Source: an uncultured Nitrospiraceae bacterium
GTDB lineage: Bacteria; Nitrospirota; Nitrospiria; Nitrospirales; Nitrospiraceae
Direction: 5' to 3'
Length of the DNA stretch: 64,000 nucleotides
Assembly: GCA_963706325.1 (NCBI GenBank)
Contig: CAVPLT010000002.1
Span: 96,001 to 160,000, forward strand
Each line of letters opens with the position of its first letter. Positions within the stretch are counted from its first letter, which is position 1. Shown one piece after another: positions 51,913 to 62,981 of the stretch. The position numbers and the translations under genes were made by a program. The notes under the pieces are model-generated. The model was not told the origin of the DNA, did no database searches, and saw only the letters and a program-made list of their open reading frames with translations.

Positions 51913-54011
51913 GCAGTCCCTCCCAGGACTGGTAACCGCACCGTCACGGTGGTTCCTTTTCCTGGAGTCCCCTGGATCGAGAGATCGCCACCCCATTGTG
52001 TCGCCCGTTCCCGCATACCAAGCAGCCCTAATGAATTGGTGTTGGCCAGCGTCGAGGCGGGAATGCCCACGCCATTGTCAGCAACTTCAAAAACCAGCCA
52101 GCCGGCTGAGATGTTCAAGCGCGTGTGGATAGTGGAAGCTTGAGCATGCCGCACTACGTTGGTGAGGATCTCCTGGTAAATCCGAAAGATGGCCGTAGCC
52201 TGGGCCGGCCCGATGGGAATCGGCACCGACGGCATCGACCACTCGCATCGTATCCCAGTTCGCTTCTCGAAATCACGTGTCTGCCAGTCGAGGGCAGCCG
52301 CGAGGCCGAGTTCATCCAGCACGCTCGGCCGCAATGCGGTCGCAATCGCGCGTACGGACTGAATAGTGCCATCCAGTTGCCGCATGGCTCCCTGGATCCG
52401 CTCCAGCATCTGCGCGCGGCTGTCGGCGGCCTCGGGAAGCGACAGTCGTCTCGCCACCCAGGACAGGTCGAGTTTCAGACTCGTCATGGCTTGTCCCAAT
52501 TCATCGTGAACTTCTCGCGCAATGCGCGCTCCTTCCTCTTCTCGCGCCGAATGCAAACGTGTCATCAAGGCCCGCAACTGGTCACGAGACTGATTGAGTT
52601 GGAGTTCCACTTGTTTGCGTTGTGTCATGTCAACCATAAGCCCGAGCAATCCACAAATGGTGCCGTCCGGATCCCGTAAGGGAGCCGTCGAGAGACTGGT
52701 GTAAACGGGGGTGCCGTCCTTCCTATAGCGCACCACTTCCAAATCCGTGAAGGCTTTGTCTTCCATCACGCGTTCTCGCAGGAACCGATGCTCATTCAAC
52801 TGTTCGGGCGCCACAGTCGGAAGCGGACGCCCCAGCACCTCCTCCTCCCGCCAACCATAGATCTTTTCGGCAGCCGGATTCCACAGACGGCAGAGGCCCT
52901 CCGCATCGAGACTCACGATTCCCACCGGCGATGCGTGGACGAGGGCGGTCAGTCGGTCATTGATCTCTCTGAGCCGCTCATCCATGGATTTCCGATCGGT
53001 GATATCCATCCAGATCCCAAGCGTCTCCTTGGGTGATCCGTCGGCAGCCCTTTGAAGTACTGCCTGGTCAAGAAACCAGCGATAGGTGCCATCGGCGACC
53101 TGCCAACGATATTCACTATTAAGCGTGCCAGTCTCAGGGAGACGCTGGAATTCTCGAAACACGCGCTCCCGGTCGTCTGGATGGAGGCGAGCCGCCCATA
53201 ACCCGGGATCTGTGAAAAATGAGGCGCCGAGAAAGCCGCTGACCTTTTCGATGTTCTGACTGACCCAGAGGGCCGCAAAATCCTCCGATGCTTTAGCAGA
53301 ATAGATGACGATCGGCAGCGCGCGCATGATCAAAGTCTCTTTCGCGAGGCTTTCCTGAAGGGCTTGCTCCGTGCGACGACGACCCGCGAGTCCTACGCGA
53401 TAGACCGTTCCCATGATCAACACGATGCCCACGGCAAGGATGCTGCCGGTTTCGGCCACTGTAATCGTCGATTGCGCAATGGCGGTCGTCCGATGGGAAT
53501 GCTCCAACAGCTGGACCTTCTCTGCCTCCCGTAGGTCGGTGATCAGAGCGCGGATCCGTTCCATGTCCTCCTGACCTTTGCCGGAGAGTAGAACATCTCT
53601 TGCCGCGGAAAATCCTCGAGATCGACGCAACTCGATCGAGTCGGCGGCGAATGCGATGCGGGATGTGACGAGACCGATGAGGGTTTCGATCTGGGGGCGC
53701 AGTTCAGGCTCGTGGGCGGTGAGGGTTTTGACATGGGCCAACCGTTCTTGAATCTTGTCTGTGGCTCGCTGGTAGGGTTCCAGAAAGGAGCTCTCGCCGG
53801 TGATGATGTAGCCTCGTTGCCCGGTTTCGATTTCTTCGACGAGAGAGAGAATGCGCTGGAGACTCCCTCTAACCTCTCGGCTGTGGACCACCTGCGCCGA
53901 ACTGGCCATAAACTCGGTCGAGCTGCGGTATGCCACGAAGCCGATCCCCAGCAGGAGAACCAACATGAGGGCGATGGCAATTTCCGTTTTTCTCTCAAGA
54001 CTTAGATGCAT
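51909..54011 (-). CDS. Sensor histidine kinase (CHASE3-PAS-PAS-HisKA_3)
   Basis: ETGQRGYIITG...FLEPY (CHASE3), HPDDR, IAREVHDELGQ, EILTNVVRHA, DNGVG. Confidence 0.95.
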   Translation of the reverse strand: MHLSLERKTEIAIALMLVLLLGIGFVAYRSSTEFMASSAQVVHSREVRGSLQRILSLVEEIETGQRGYIITGESSFLEPYQRATDKIQERLAHVKTLTAHEPELRPQIETLIGLVTSRIAFAADSIELRRSRGFSAARDVLLSGKGQEDMERIRALITDLREAEKVQLLEHSHRTTAIAQSTITVAETGSILAVGIVLIMGTVYRVGLAGRRRTEQALQESLAKETLIMRALPIVIYSAKASEDFAALWVSQNIEKVSGFLGASFFTDPGLWAARLHPDDRERVFREFQRLPETGTLNSEYRWQVADGTYRWFLDQAVLQRAADGSPKETLGIWMDITDRKSMDERLREINDRLTALVHASPVGIVSLDAEGLCRLWNPAAEKIYGWREEEVLGRPLPTVAPEQLNEHRFLRERVMEDKAFTDLEVVRYRKDGTPVYTSLSTAPLRDPDGTICGLLGLMVDMTQRKQVELQLNQSRDQLRALMTRLHSAREEEGARIAREVHDELGQAMTSLKLDLSWVARRLSLPEAADSRAQMLERIQGAMRQLDGTIQSVRAIATALRPSVLDELGLAAALDWQTRDFEKRTGIRCEWSMPSVPIPIGPAQATAIFRIYQEILTNVVRHAQASTIHTRLNISAGWLVFEVADNGVGIPASTLANTNSLGLLGMRERATQWGGDLSIQGTPGKGTTVTVRLPVLGGTA

Positions 54012-54864
54012 TGCGTCCGGCTGCAGCGAGCCGTCTCAAACCTCACCGATTGCAAGCAATGGCACGGCGGGACGCCATGCTATCACGCCTCTTGCACGCG
54101 ATGGGATCACTCCCTTGCGGTCAGGACGTTGACCGGCGAAATGCGGATGCGAGTCACTGAGGAGCAGAACCATGAACTCGAGACCATCATCATAGATCAA
54201 AAGCAGTCCTTTCTCCGATGCAGTCCAATGGAAGTGCATTCGGACTGGATGACGATGAGATGCTAGTGAGTTCTCCTTCCGATCGCTATCAGCATTCAAG
54301 AACTTCGTCTGTGGGACGCAGCCTACAAGGCCGTGGTCGAAGGCCTGATGGGACCGATGGCCCTTCTGCATCGTGTCCGGCGCTCGTTGCGCGAGAACGC
54401 AGTCATCAGAATGGAGAGGGGCGTCGAGGTTACGCTAGACTGCGAGCGAATCGTACACATAGATCGCGCTCATGTCTAGAACGTCGCTCGGCTTCATGGG
54501 CGGCGAGACAAGGGGGGACATTCGGTCGTTGATTCGATGACCTTTCAGCGGGTGGGCACAGGGAGTTCTCCTTCTTTGAGTTCAAGAGCGTCCTCATCGG
54601 CGTCCGGCGGGAGGCGACATGGGTCAACCCTGAGAGTCCACGTGTTCAGGTCGGCTTGATCCACCGTCAGAACAGGCGAAAGAGGAAACATCAGAAAAGG
54701 ATGGGAACATCTTTCACATGCAATGCGCGAACGCGGTCGTCCAGAGCTGAGAATGAAGCGTTCCGTGATGAAAGAGCCGAAGGCTGTGGAGTGTCCGGAG
54801 AACGGGGAATAACCAGCGACGAATCAGCAACGGGCGATGGGTATTGGTCAGCCGAACCGATGTA

Positions 54865-55974
54865 TCAGAGGGATACAGTACCAATAGGGTCCGCGCTAGT
54901 GAGCTTTTGAGCGCTCGCGTCTTCCTGATCGCAGCTCTGCATCATCATTTGACGGACCTCCGTCGGCGAAAAACGCGCGGCAGCGGCGTTGACCTGTTGA
55001 TACCAATTGAGGACCGGCTCATCGTCATTGGCTACGGCCTGTTCGTAGACAAGACGGCACAGCGTCAGGAACGCGGCATAATCACGAGACAGCCATGATG
55101 CGGCCATGTCCGGGAGGCGTTGGTTCTTGATATTGCCCCAAGACCAGGCGCGAGGAAATCCGTACTGCAGGGGGGAGACGGCTCCGCTGGTTTCGAGGAC
55201 TAGGGGGGCAAGGACATCTGCCACGGTCTGCTCTCCGCAGACTGATGCCTCTCGGACGAAGACCCGTGTCGGATGTTCGAGCAAAGCGGGAACCGTCGCG
55301 AGATCGATCTGCACATCCATGAGGTCTTGATACAACTCTCGAATTCGAACCGCCTCGAACACGGCTGCTGCGTTCTCCTCGCCATCGGGCAATGACCCAT
55401 CTAGTGTGCGAGTGGCCCTGCCGACCGGTTCAAGCGGGTGCAGTTGCAGGAGTTTCGCGCCTTGTTCCGCTGCGAATTGCGCGACCCAGTCCAGCTCATG
55501 GATGTTGTGAAACGTGAGTGTAAAGATGAAGCCGAATGGAACGCCTGAGCGACGCAACCCTTCCAACCGCTCGCACATGTCCTCAAACGCTCGCGGGGAA
55601 CCGCGCATGAAATTGTGCGAATCGGGAACACCATCGAGGCTGATTGCGACGAGGTCGCAATCAGCCGCTAAGATGTCCAGCTGCCGTTGATCGAGCAACA
55701 TCCCGTTAGTCGTGACAGTGGTGACCAGACCCGCAACATGCGCGCAGTGAAGCAGCCTGCCGAGCGCAGGATACAAGAGCGGTTCGCCACCGGACACCGA
55801 TATGACCCTGTACCCGATTGTGGCCGCATCAGCCACGACGCCACGCAGCAGCTCGATGTCCAGCTGTTCCGTCACCGCCGGTCCGGAGTCGGAATAACAA
55901 TGCAGACACTGCAGATTGCAGCGTCTGCCGGGGTGCACTTGCAACGTGGGGAATTTTCCAGCCGGCCCTTGCAT
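54865..55974 (-). CDS. Radical SAM enzyme (no SPASM Cys cluster)
   Basis: CNLQCLHC, SGGEPLL, TTNG, ISLDG; ATG 7 nt after the stop of the small upstream gene. Confidence 0.92.
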   Translation of the reverse strand: MQGPAGKFPTLQVHPGRRCNLQCLHCYSDSGPAVTEQLDIELLRGVVADAATIGYRVISVSGGEPLLYPALGRLLHCAHVAGLVTTVTTNGMLLDQRQLDILAADCDLVAISLDGVPDSHNFMRGSPRAFEDMCERLEGLRRSGVPFGFIFTLTFHNIHELDWVAQFAAEQGAKLLQLHPLEPVGRATRTLDGSLPDGEENAAAVFEAVRIRELYQDLMDVQIDLATVPALLEHPTRVFVREASVCGEQTVADVLAPLVLETSGAVSPLQYGFPRAWSWGNIKNQRLPDMAASWLSRDYAAFLTLCRLVYEQAVANDDEPVLNWYQQVNAAAARFSPTEVRQMMMQSCDQEDASAQKLTSADPIGTVSL

Positions 55975-55981
55975 GAAATGT

Positions 55982-56257
55982 CTATCCTCGTAACGTGAAC
56001 TTGATCTGAGCGATGTTAGGACGCGGAGTGCCATGGATCAAGATATTCAGGTCGCGCAATTCCTTCAACTTCGTCAAGGCCGCCACGTTGGCTTTGAAGT
56101 TCGCCACGCCGGTTTGCACGGTTCCGGTGATCACGTCCGGATGGGGAGTGCCAAGCTCGTGCCAATCGATGATCTTGACACCCTTCAGTTTACTCTTGAT
56201 CGCTGTTGCTGCCGTTCCGATCTTCGCTGACCCACGCCCGCTTGGTTGCTTCGGCAT
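55982..56257 (-). CDS. 91-aa protein with an internal 40-aa duplication; putative radical SAM substrate/precursor
   Basis: AAGGAGGT SD; KLK...GTPHPD (aa 23-41) aligns with KLK...GTPRPN (aa 63-81). Confidence 0.8.
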   Translation of the reverse strand: MPKQPSGRGSAKIGTAATAIKSKLKGVKIIDWHELGTPHPDVITGTVQTGVANFKANVAALTKLKELRDLNILIHGTPRPNIAQIKFTLRG

Positions 56258-56572
56258 CAGAAACCTCCTTGTGTGTGTAATACCTGTCCACGCTGATCCG
56301 CTTGTCAGCGGTCCGAGGCACCATACCTCTTCCTGATTCAAACGACAAGTATTTCCGCTCACCAGCAGAAGGAGTGACGGAACACTCCTTAGGGGGGCGA
56401 CGTTCTCATATACGTAATCATAACATCGGTGATGGCGTTCGCGGCGGTTTGTCCCGCCTCGCTCATGCAAAAAAATGCGGCATCGTATAGCCACACTCGT
56501 AAAACAAGGAGGCAAGAGATCAGCAGTGGACGGGTTGGTTGAATCAGAGACCGACGAACCGACGCAGATCGA

Positions 56573-57352
56573 TTACGGCTCGATCTGCTTACCCCAATGC
56601 TTCAAGAACGGAGCAATGGTATCGATTGGAATTGGGAAGATGGTGGTGGAGTTTTTTTCTGCCGCAATCTCAACCAACGTCTGCAGATAGCGGAGCTGCA
56701 GCGCAGCAGGGTTACGACTGATGACGTCGGCGGCGTCCGCCAGGCGCCGGGAGGCTTCGAATTCACCTTCGGCATGGATGACCTTCGCGCGACGTTCGCG
56801 CTCCGCTTCCGCTTGACGCGCGATGGCTCGTTGCATTTCCTGCGGCAGGTCCACGTTCTTCACTTCCACCGCGCTGACCTTGATTCCCCAGGGCTCCGTC
56901 TGTTGATCGATGATGCGTTGAAGGTCGGCGTTGATCTGTTCCCGTTTCGAGAGCAAATCGTCGAGCTGGCTCTGTCCGAGCACGCTGCGAAGCGTTGTCT
57001 GCGACATCATGGAGGTGGCGTAGAGGTAGTCTTCGACTTGGATGATGGCCCGCTCGGGATCCACCACCCGGAAATAGATGACGGCGTTCACCTTGACGGT
57101 GACGTTGTCTCTCGTGATGACGTCCTGATGCGGCACGTCCATCGTCACAGTTCGCAAGCTGACGCGCACAAGCTTGTCGATGAACGGGATGATGACCACG
57201 ACACCGGGACCGTTCCCACCGACGAGTCCACGGGCCAGCCTGCCCCATCGGAAGATCACGCCCCGTTCGTATTCCCGGAGGACGTTGAACCCCATCAGGA
57301 AGAGCACCATCACGAGAAACAGGAGCGCAAACGGACTCGCGAGCGGACCCAT
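56573..57352 (-). CDS. SPFH/band 7 (slipin) protein
   Basis: [38 protein letters not shown]. Confidence 0.96.
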   Translation of the reverse strand: MGPLASPFALLFLVMVLFLMGFNVLREYERGVIFRWGRLARGLVGGNGPGVVVIIPFIDKLVRVSLRTVTMDVPHQDVITRDNVTVKVNAVIYFRVVDPERAIIQVEDYLYATSMMSQTTLRSVLGQSQLDDLLSKREQINADLQRIIDQQTEPWGIKVSAVEVKNVDLPQEMQRAIARQAEAERERRAKVIHAEGEFEASRRLADAADVISRNPAALQLRYLQTLVEIAAEKNSTTIFPIPIDTIAPFLKHWGKQIEP

Positions 57353-57353
57353 A

Positions 57354-58685
57354 TCAGACCCCTTTCTTCGGCACGGGTTTCACATGCAAACGTAAACCAT
57401 CGAGACGCGTGACTTCGGCTTCGTCGCCTGGCTGGAGCGGTTGCTCGCTGATGGCCTCCCAGAGTTCGCCTCGGACGGCCAGTTGACCCTGGGGAGTCAG
57501 CGCTGTTTTGACGATCCCCACCAGACCGACCATTTCTTCGCGGCCGGTCACCGGCGGGCGCCGCATCGCCTTCACTCCCATTCCGACCATTAAGAAGGAA
57601 AAGGCGGCGGCGAGTGCGACGACCGGCAGGATGACCGACCAGGAAATTTGTAGAAACTCCACATCGGTTTTGATCAGCATCACCGATCCGAGGAGCATCG
57701 AGATGATCCCGCCGATGGCCAGCAAGCCGAAGCTCGTGATGGTGGCTTCCAGGATGAGGAAGACGATTCCGAGGAGAAACAACAGCACGCCCGCGTAGTT
57801 CACCGGCAGCGACTGTAAGGAATAAAACGCCAGAATCAGGCTGATGGCGCCGACCATGCCGGGCAGAATCGCTCCTGGGTTATATAGCTCGGCAATGATT
57901 CCGACGGTGCCGATCGTCATGAGCAAATAGGCGATGTTCGGATCGCTGAGCGTTTTGAGGAATTCCAGACGAAGGCTCATGGGAAATTCGCGCAATCTCG
58001 CGCTCGCGGTGTGCAGCACCTTCGCGCCGGTTGAGAGAGGGATTGAACGGCCGTCGAGCTGCTTCAGCAGCGCCGGAAGATCGTCGGCAATTATGTCGAT
58101 GATGTTCAGCTTCAGCGCTTCCCGTTCCGTCACGGAGAGGCTCTTGCGCACGGCATCCTCTGCCCAGGCTACGTTACGTCCACGCTGCTCGGCGATTGTT
58201 TTGATGTAGGCCACAGAATCGTTTTCCACTTTCTCCTTCATCGTTTTATCCATCTCGGCGCCGCCCATCACGACCGGGTGGGCCGCGCCGATGTTTGTGC
58301 CGGGAGCCATCGCCGCCACATGTGCCGCCATGGTGAGAAATACGCCGGCAGAGGCGGCCCGTCCGCTGGGCGGCGACACATAGACGACCACTGGAATGGT
58401 TGAGGCGGTGATGTCCTTGATCATGAGCCGCATGGAGGTATCGAGGCCGCCGGGCGTATTCAGGCGGAGAATCAACGCCTCGGCGTCGCCCTCTTGAGCG
58501 GACTGGAGCGCATCGTGGAAGTATTCAGCGGAGACGGGGGTAATGACCCCGTCGTACGTAGCAACCAATAGGAATGAGTCGGCTCGCGCGTCAGTAGGGT
58601 CTCCGAACAGAGCGGTGAGAAACGCAATCGTTACGATGCTGAGGTGGAAGACTGATAGCTGAGGACGATGTCTCGGGACAGGCAT
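57354..58685 (-). CDS. nfeD: NfeD membrane-bound serine protease
   Basis: [28 protein letters not shown] region and a C-terminal OB fold; adjacent to the SPFH gene. Confidence 0.94.
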   Translation of the reverse strand: MPVPRHRPQLSVFHLSIVTIAFLTALFGDPTDARADSFLLVATYDGVITPVSAEYFHDALQSAQEGDAEALILRLNTPGGLDTSMRLMIKDITASTIPVVVYVSPPSGRAASAGVFLTMAAHVAAMAPGTNIGAAHPVVMGGAEMDKTMKEKVENDSVAYIKTIAEQRGRNVAWAEDAVRKSLSVTEREALKLNIIDIIADDLPALLKQLDGRSIPLSTGAKVLHTASARLREFPMSLRLEFLKTLSDPNIAYLLMTIGTVGIIAELYNPGAILPGMVGAISLILAFYSLQSLPVNYAGVLLFLLGIVFLILEATITSFGLLAIGGIISMLLGSVMLIKTDVEFLQISWSVILPVVALAAAFSFLMVGMGVKAMRRPPVTGREEMVGLVGIVKTALTPQGQLAVRGELWEAISEQPLQPGDEAEVTRLDGLRLHVKPVPKKGV

Positions 58686-58825
58686 GGAAGTGTCTCTCCC
58701 ACAAGACCGAGGCTTAGAGTGGCGGCCGTAGGAGGTCAGCATACGAGCTGCCCTAGAGCCAGTCAAGGAAGCGAGGAGAGGCTGATAAGTGGCGTCGAAC
58801 GAACTGAAGTCAGTGGGGGCCGGTC

Positions 58826-59101
58826 CTAGCTGGGGCGAACATCGTACAAGACCCAGACGCCGATGGCGACGAATCCAATGCCCGCTATGAGTTTCAGCAT
58901 CCGCGGCGAGACATACTGAGAGAGCTGCGCGCCCACCAGCACGGCAATGAGACTGGAGAGCACAAGGGCCGCAGATGAAGCTGCAAATACGCCGAGTTTA
59001 CTGACGCGTGGATCTGCCGCAAACAAGAGTGTGGCCAGTTGGGTCTTGTCTCCCAACTCAGCCAGAAAGACGGTCACAAAAATCGGCCAGAGCGTCAGCA
59101 T
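58826..59101 (-). CDS. UPF0016/TMEM165/GDT1 family protein
   Basis: FLAELGDKTQLAT. Confidence 0.93.
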   Translation of the reverse strand: MLTLWPIFVTVFLAELGDKTQLATLLFAADPRVSKLGVFAASSAALVLSSLIAVLVGAQLSQYVSPRMLKLIAGIGFVAIGVWVLYDVRPS

Positions 59102-59165
59102 CGAGGAAGCTCCTTGTATCATGTGGGGGTTGAGGAAAAAGGTCGCCACCAGGTTCGGTGTTTGG

Positions 59166-59390
59166 TCACGACAATTTCTGCACAACGAAGGGCGCGAGGT
59201 AGTAGGCCAAGATGGATATGATCACGCCGACCACCACCCCGAGCAAGCCGCCCGCAAAGAGCCCAACGAAGGGCAGGAAGAAGACGACGAGAATCATGCC
59301 CACGGCGAGGAGCTTGTGACGAGCATAGAAGCCTGCGCGTTGTGCACTGGTGAGCGAGTCGGTGAAGGATAGGTCTGAAGACAGATCCAT
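59166..59390 (-). CDS. Small two-TM membrane protein
   Basis: 74 aa with two hydrophobic helices. Confidence 0.6.
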   Translation of the reverse strand: MDLSSDLSFTDSLTSAQRAGFYARHKLLAVGMILVVFFLPFVGLFAGGLLGVVVGVIISILAYYLAPFVVQKLS

Positions 59391-59515
59391 GACGGCAGTA
59401 TAGTACAAAACTCGGGCAGGAGTTTCAGAAAGTGCTGGAAGAAAAACTCCACGCTCCTGGCGGTTGTCTTTCCTCCCCTTCATCGCAATGTTTCCTGGTA
59501 GTAGTAGGGAGGCGG

Positions 59516-60960
59516 CTAGTTACCTTTGGAATGAGACATCTTGAGCCGTGCAAGGCATTCGAATGCAGGTTCATGATACCTCTCACGACGCGACTTTTTC
59601 GAAATCGGATGAATCCGCGTTCGACATTCGTGCTTAGAAGTCCGACTCGCATCATTGTCTCCCACATCAAGGCCGTGGCCGCTTGCCAGTTTTCCTTGGA
59701 CCGGAGGGTCCAAGAGCCGTACCCACGTGCGCTTGTCGGACGCGCCGGTGACAATGGCGTCAAACCGCTCGCCAATTCGCGGTTCCACAACAGCGCCGTG
59801 GCTGATTTTCTCAGTGGTCGTTCGACTCGTTCCGCATCCGTCTTCCTTCTCCGTGCAGCGTCCCGCAAGATACTCCAGTTCGTCCGGACGATAGGGTAGT
59901 GGCGCTCCAGAAAGGGCTGCTTTAGTCAGTCGTTGCGTGATCAGATCTGGAAAACGCCGGTTAGGAGCCGTGGAATGGGTTTAGTCTTTGACCGCCAAAC
60001 CGGAATGTTCAGGCGCGCCGTCCTTCGACTGATCGAGGACGTATTCTCCCCGGCCGATGAGTTTCACAATTGCCAAGGAGAGATCAGGAAATCTGACTGG
60101 GTCGGCTTTGTGACGGGTGACGAGAAAGGATTCGAGCGCCCGCGCGTTGGCCTCGGCCGGTAAAATTTCGCCCCAGCGTGCCGCCATCTCGACGATCCGC
60201 TGCCATCGATCAGGTGAACGCAGAATGCGACGAAATGAAGGCACGTCGTGGCTCTTCAGATATGCCGAGGTCGCCTGATTGGCCGCGATCATAAAATCTT
60301 CGATCAATTCCTTCGCGCGATTCTTGTGCTGACCTTGAGAGCCGTCAGCACGTCGCCTTCAAAGACGGCCCGTGGTTCAATCGTTTCAAGACCCAGGGCG
60401 CCCTGTTGATGTCGTCGAGTTTTGAGCCGCTGCGACATGGTCCTGGAGGCGGAGTTGCGCATCGAGACCGGATAAGGCCTTGACTCGCTCCGGCACAGGC
60501 CCCGTTCCCGTGAGCCAAGCGGCCAGGCTGTTGTAGGCCAGCTTCGCATGGTTGTGGACAAGCGCTCGAAAGAGCGAGGATCCGGGGACTGCGCCATCCT
60601 CCGCGACAACGAACTCCACCACGATGGCCAGACGGTCCTGCCCTTCGCCGAGGGATGTCAGGTCCGTCGAGAGCTTCTCCGGGAGCCGGGGGAAGATTTC
60701 GCCGGACGTGTAGACCGACGTTGTATTATGTCGAGCGTGCACATTCAGGGCAGAATCCTTTGGCGACCAACGCATCTACATCAGCAATCGCAACCAGGAT
60801 GCTTGCAGAGCGGTCAGAATGTGGCGTGGCGACCGTGAGCTGGTCGAGATCGCAGGAATCATCATTGTCAATCGAAGGCCAGAGCAGTTGTGTCAGATCA
60901 CGTACCTGAGGCGATAGGTCGATTGCTGGGGTCGTGATGCGGGCCAACTCGGCCGATGGT
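59516..60960 (-). pseudogene. RNB-domain ribonuclease (RNase II/R family) pseudogene
   Basis: SIDNDDSCDLDQ, NTTSVYT, LIEDFMIAAN and HSTAPNRRFPDL spread over five or more frames, with an in-frame TAA near 59981; N-terminus missing. Confidence 0.85.
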
Positions 60961-61163
60961 CTAAGAGCTCCGCCGCAGGCCGTGCGGCCAGAATTAAGAG
61001 TGCCAGCGAGGCTTTATCACTGTGTGGGTGAATGCGAAGAGAGCCTGGGCGATGGTTTGCGTAGAACGAAACACTCAGGAGACCTATTATCGGAAACAGT
61101 AGATGTCCTCAGAGCCTCCTGAACAGCGGTTCGACCCTCTGCCTATGTGCGCAACTAGCTGTC

Positions 61164-62666
61164 TCACTGTTCGGATGGTCCCTGATTCTGAAGGTGTGTT
61201 TCCATTGCGACCTGGACTCGATCAGCAATGCGGTCGGCAAGGAGTTGATGCGCAAGCTCATTGGGGTGTGAGTCAAGCATATTTACAATGAGGTCTTTGT
61301 ATGCATGGCCCGAGAAAACCTCTGGGCCTGCAGGCCAGATCGGCAATCCATGAGCAGTGGCTGCCTTAACGAAATGATTGTAGTCACTGCCAACATCCTT
61401 GCTCGCTACCACCCCGATATTGAAAGGCACAATCGTGACAAGGGTACTGGACGTGGACGCCAGAGATACAAATCGGTCTAGGTCACGAAAGTGCTCATTC
61501 AAAAGTGCATTGTTTTCATATGGATTACTGAGCTCTGGCGACGGAGCATACGTCAACAGCCTAAGTCGAACGTAGATGCTCTGAAATAGAAAAGAATTCT
61601 TGAACAGAATACGAACTGGACTTATCGCTGCAAAAAAAGAAGTTGCATGCTCACTTTGACCTTCACGAGGCGTCACTTGAGCTAGATAATCGATGTCGTT
61701 AAAAGCGTAGAGAAGAACGGTTATGTTTGGCTTGAGCTCTTGCATGGTTTTCAGAAACTCGATGTGAGTCAAGGTATGCGTGTCGCCTAAACTGGCATTC
61801 AGTGATGTCCACTCAACTCCTTTCAGTTGGTGTAACCGCTTAGCAACTTGCTCTCCAAAGCGATCTTTTGTGTGGGGCAACCCCCATCCGAAAGCCAGCG
61901 AGTCGCCCACCACCAGCAGTCGTTGGTGGCCGACGGAAGCGAGGCGGCCATGCTCAGCATCGCGAAATCCCGCCTGATTCAATGAGACGAATTTGCGTGT
62001 CCACAGTGCCGTTGTGTAGGTGGGATAGCCTTGTGACTGTGGCGCCACAATGGCGAACAGGCGGATCCCGCCTTCGATTGACACCAGGAGAACGGCTGTG
62101 ACCCAGACCGCCAGAATGATCGCACCTGCTTTCGAAGTACGCCCACGAGGCACCACCAACTCGGCGAGACCAAGTGTGGCTACCAGCAATGCGGCCCATA
62201 ACACAAGTGCCGCGAGAGGGTGCGATGAACCGAACAGGTTCAGGTCAGCTATTTGGCCCCAATTTCTCGATGCATCCAAGCCGTTTAGAACGTATCCAGT
62301 TCCCCACATCAGAACACCAAAGTCAAAGCACACAGATGCAATCGAGGGTTGATACGTATCAAAGCTAAGCCGCCTGCTACGAATCCAGGCATTCGCAACG
62401 ACCATCAAAAATAGTGCGCCTGAGATAACGATAAGTACCAGGTAAGGCCAGGACCATAAGCCGAATACGTCTCTATTCTGCGATCGGTACGCGAGACTGC
62501 CGAAGAAAAAGAGGCCCAGCCCTATGACTCTCGCGGCATGGGCACGAACCGATGCTTCCAGAATGACTGAGCCTGCGGAAACGCCGGACGGTTCACTTTG
62601 AATGTGAACGTGGTTTGCACCACTATCATTGCAGCTCTGCTTCGTTAGCGTCTGTAAAGTTTCCAC
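61164..62666 (-). CDS. Membrane-anchored SGNH/GDSL hydrolase
   Basis: About 5 TM segments, LNQAGFRD, VGDSLAFG, FND, DSHPN. Confidence 0.85.
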   Translation of the reverse strand: METLQTLTKQSCNDSGANHVHIQSEPSGVSAGSVILEASVRAHAARVIGLGLFFFGSLAYRSQNRDVFGLWSWPYLVLIVISGALFLMVVANAWIRSRRLSFDTYQPSIASVCFDFGVLMWGTGYVLNGLDASRNWGQIADLNLFGSSHPLAALVLWAALLVATLGLAELVVPRGRTSKAGAIILAVWVTAVLLVSIEGGIRLFAIVAPQSQGYPTYTTALWTRKFVSLNQAGFRDAEHGRLASVGHQRLLVVGDSLAFGWGLPHTKDRFGEQVAKRLHQLKGVEWTSLNASLGDTHTLTHIEFLKTMQELKPNITVLLYAFNDIDYLAQVTPREGQSEHATSFFAAISPVRILFKNSFLFQSIYVRLRLLTYAPSPELSNPYENNALLNEHFRDLDRFVSLASTSSTLVTIVPFNIGVVASKDVGSDYNHFVKAATAHGLPIWPAGPEVFSGHAYKDLIVNMLDSHPNELAHQLLADRIADRVQVAMETHLQNQGPSEQ

Positions 62667-62773
62667 GAGCGATTGTTCTCCGAGTTGAATTGTAATGGTT
62701 AGATGAATAGTCTACCCACCGCGGCAGGGCGCATGCGCTCGTACTCTGTGAACAACGGCGTGCCCTCCATCCG

Positions 62774-62953
62774 TTAGAACACAGAATAAATCGCTGGAGC
62801 GAGTACACTTCCTTCAAGGAAAAATGCCAGGGCACTCAATGCCAGCAAGACAAAAATGACCGGCGCAAGCCAATAAGACTTCTTTTCCTTCAGATACGTG
62901 GAAAATTCTGTGATCAGGCTATAGTAATCGTGCACTCGTGTAATCGTATTCAT
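62774..62953 (-). CDS. DUF5989 (SxtK-like) small membrane protein
   Basis: EFSTYLKEKKSYWLAPV...GSVLAPAIYSVF; AAGGAGG SD. Confidence 0.85.
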   Translation of the reverse strand: MNTITRVHDYYSLITEFSTYLKEKKSYWLAPVIFVLLALSALAFFLEGSVLAPAIYSVF

Positions 62954-62981
62954 TTGGCCCTCCTTGTCGGCTATTGGTTCA

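Noticed and set aside
56597..57412. 271-aa plus-strand ORF (likewise 30479-31207 and 51472-52143)
   Set aside because: These are antisense shadows of the SPFH, skp and two-component genes, as expected in GC-rich DNA.
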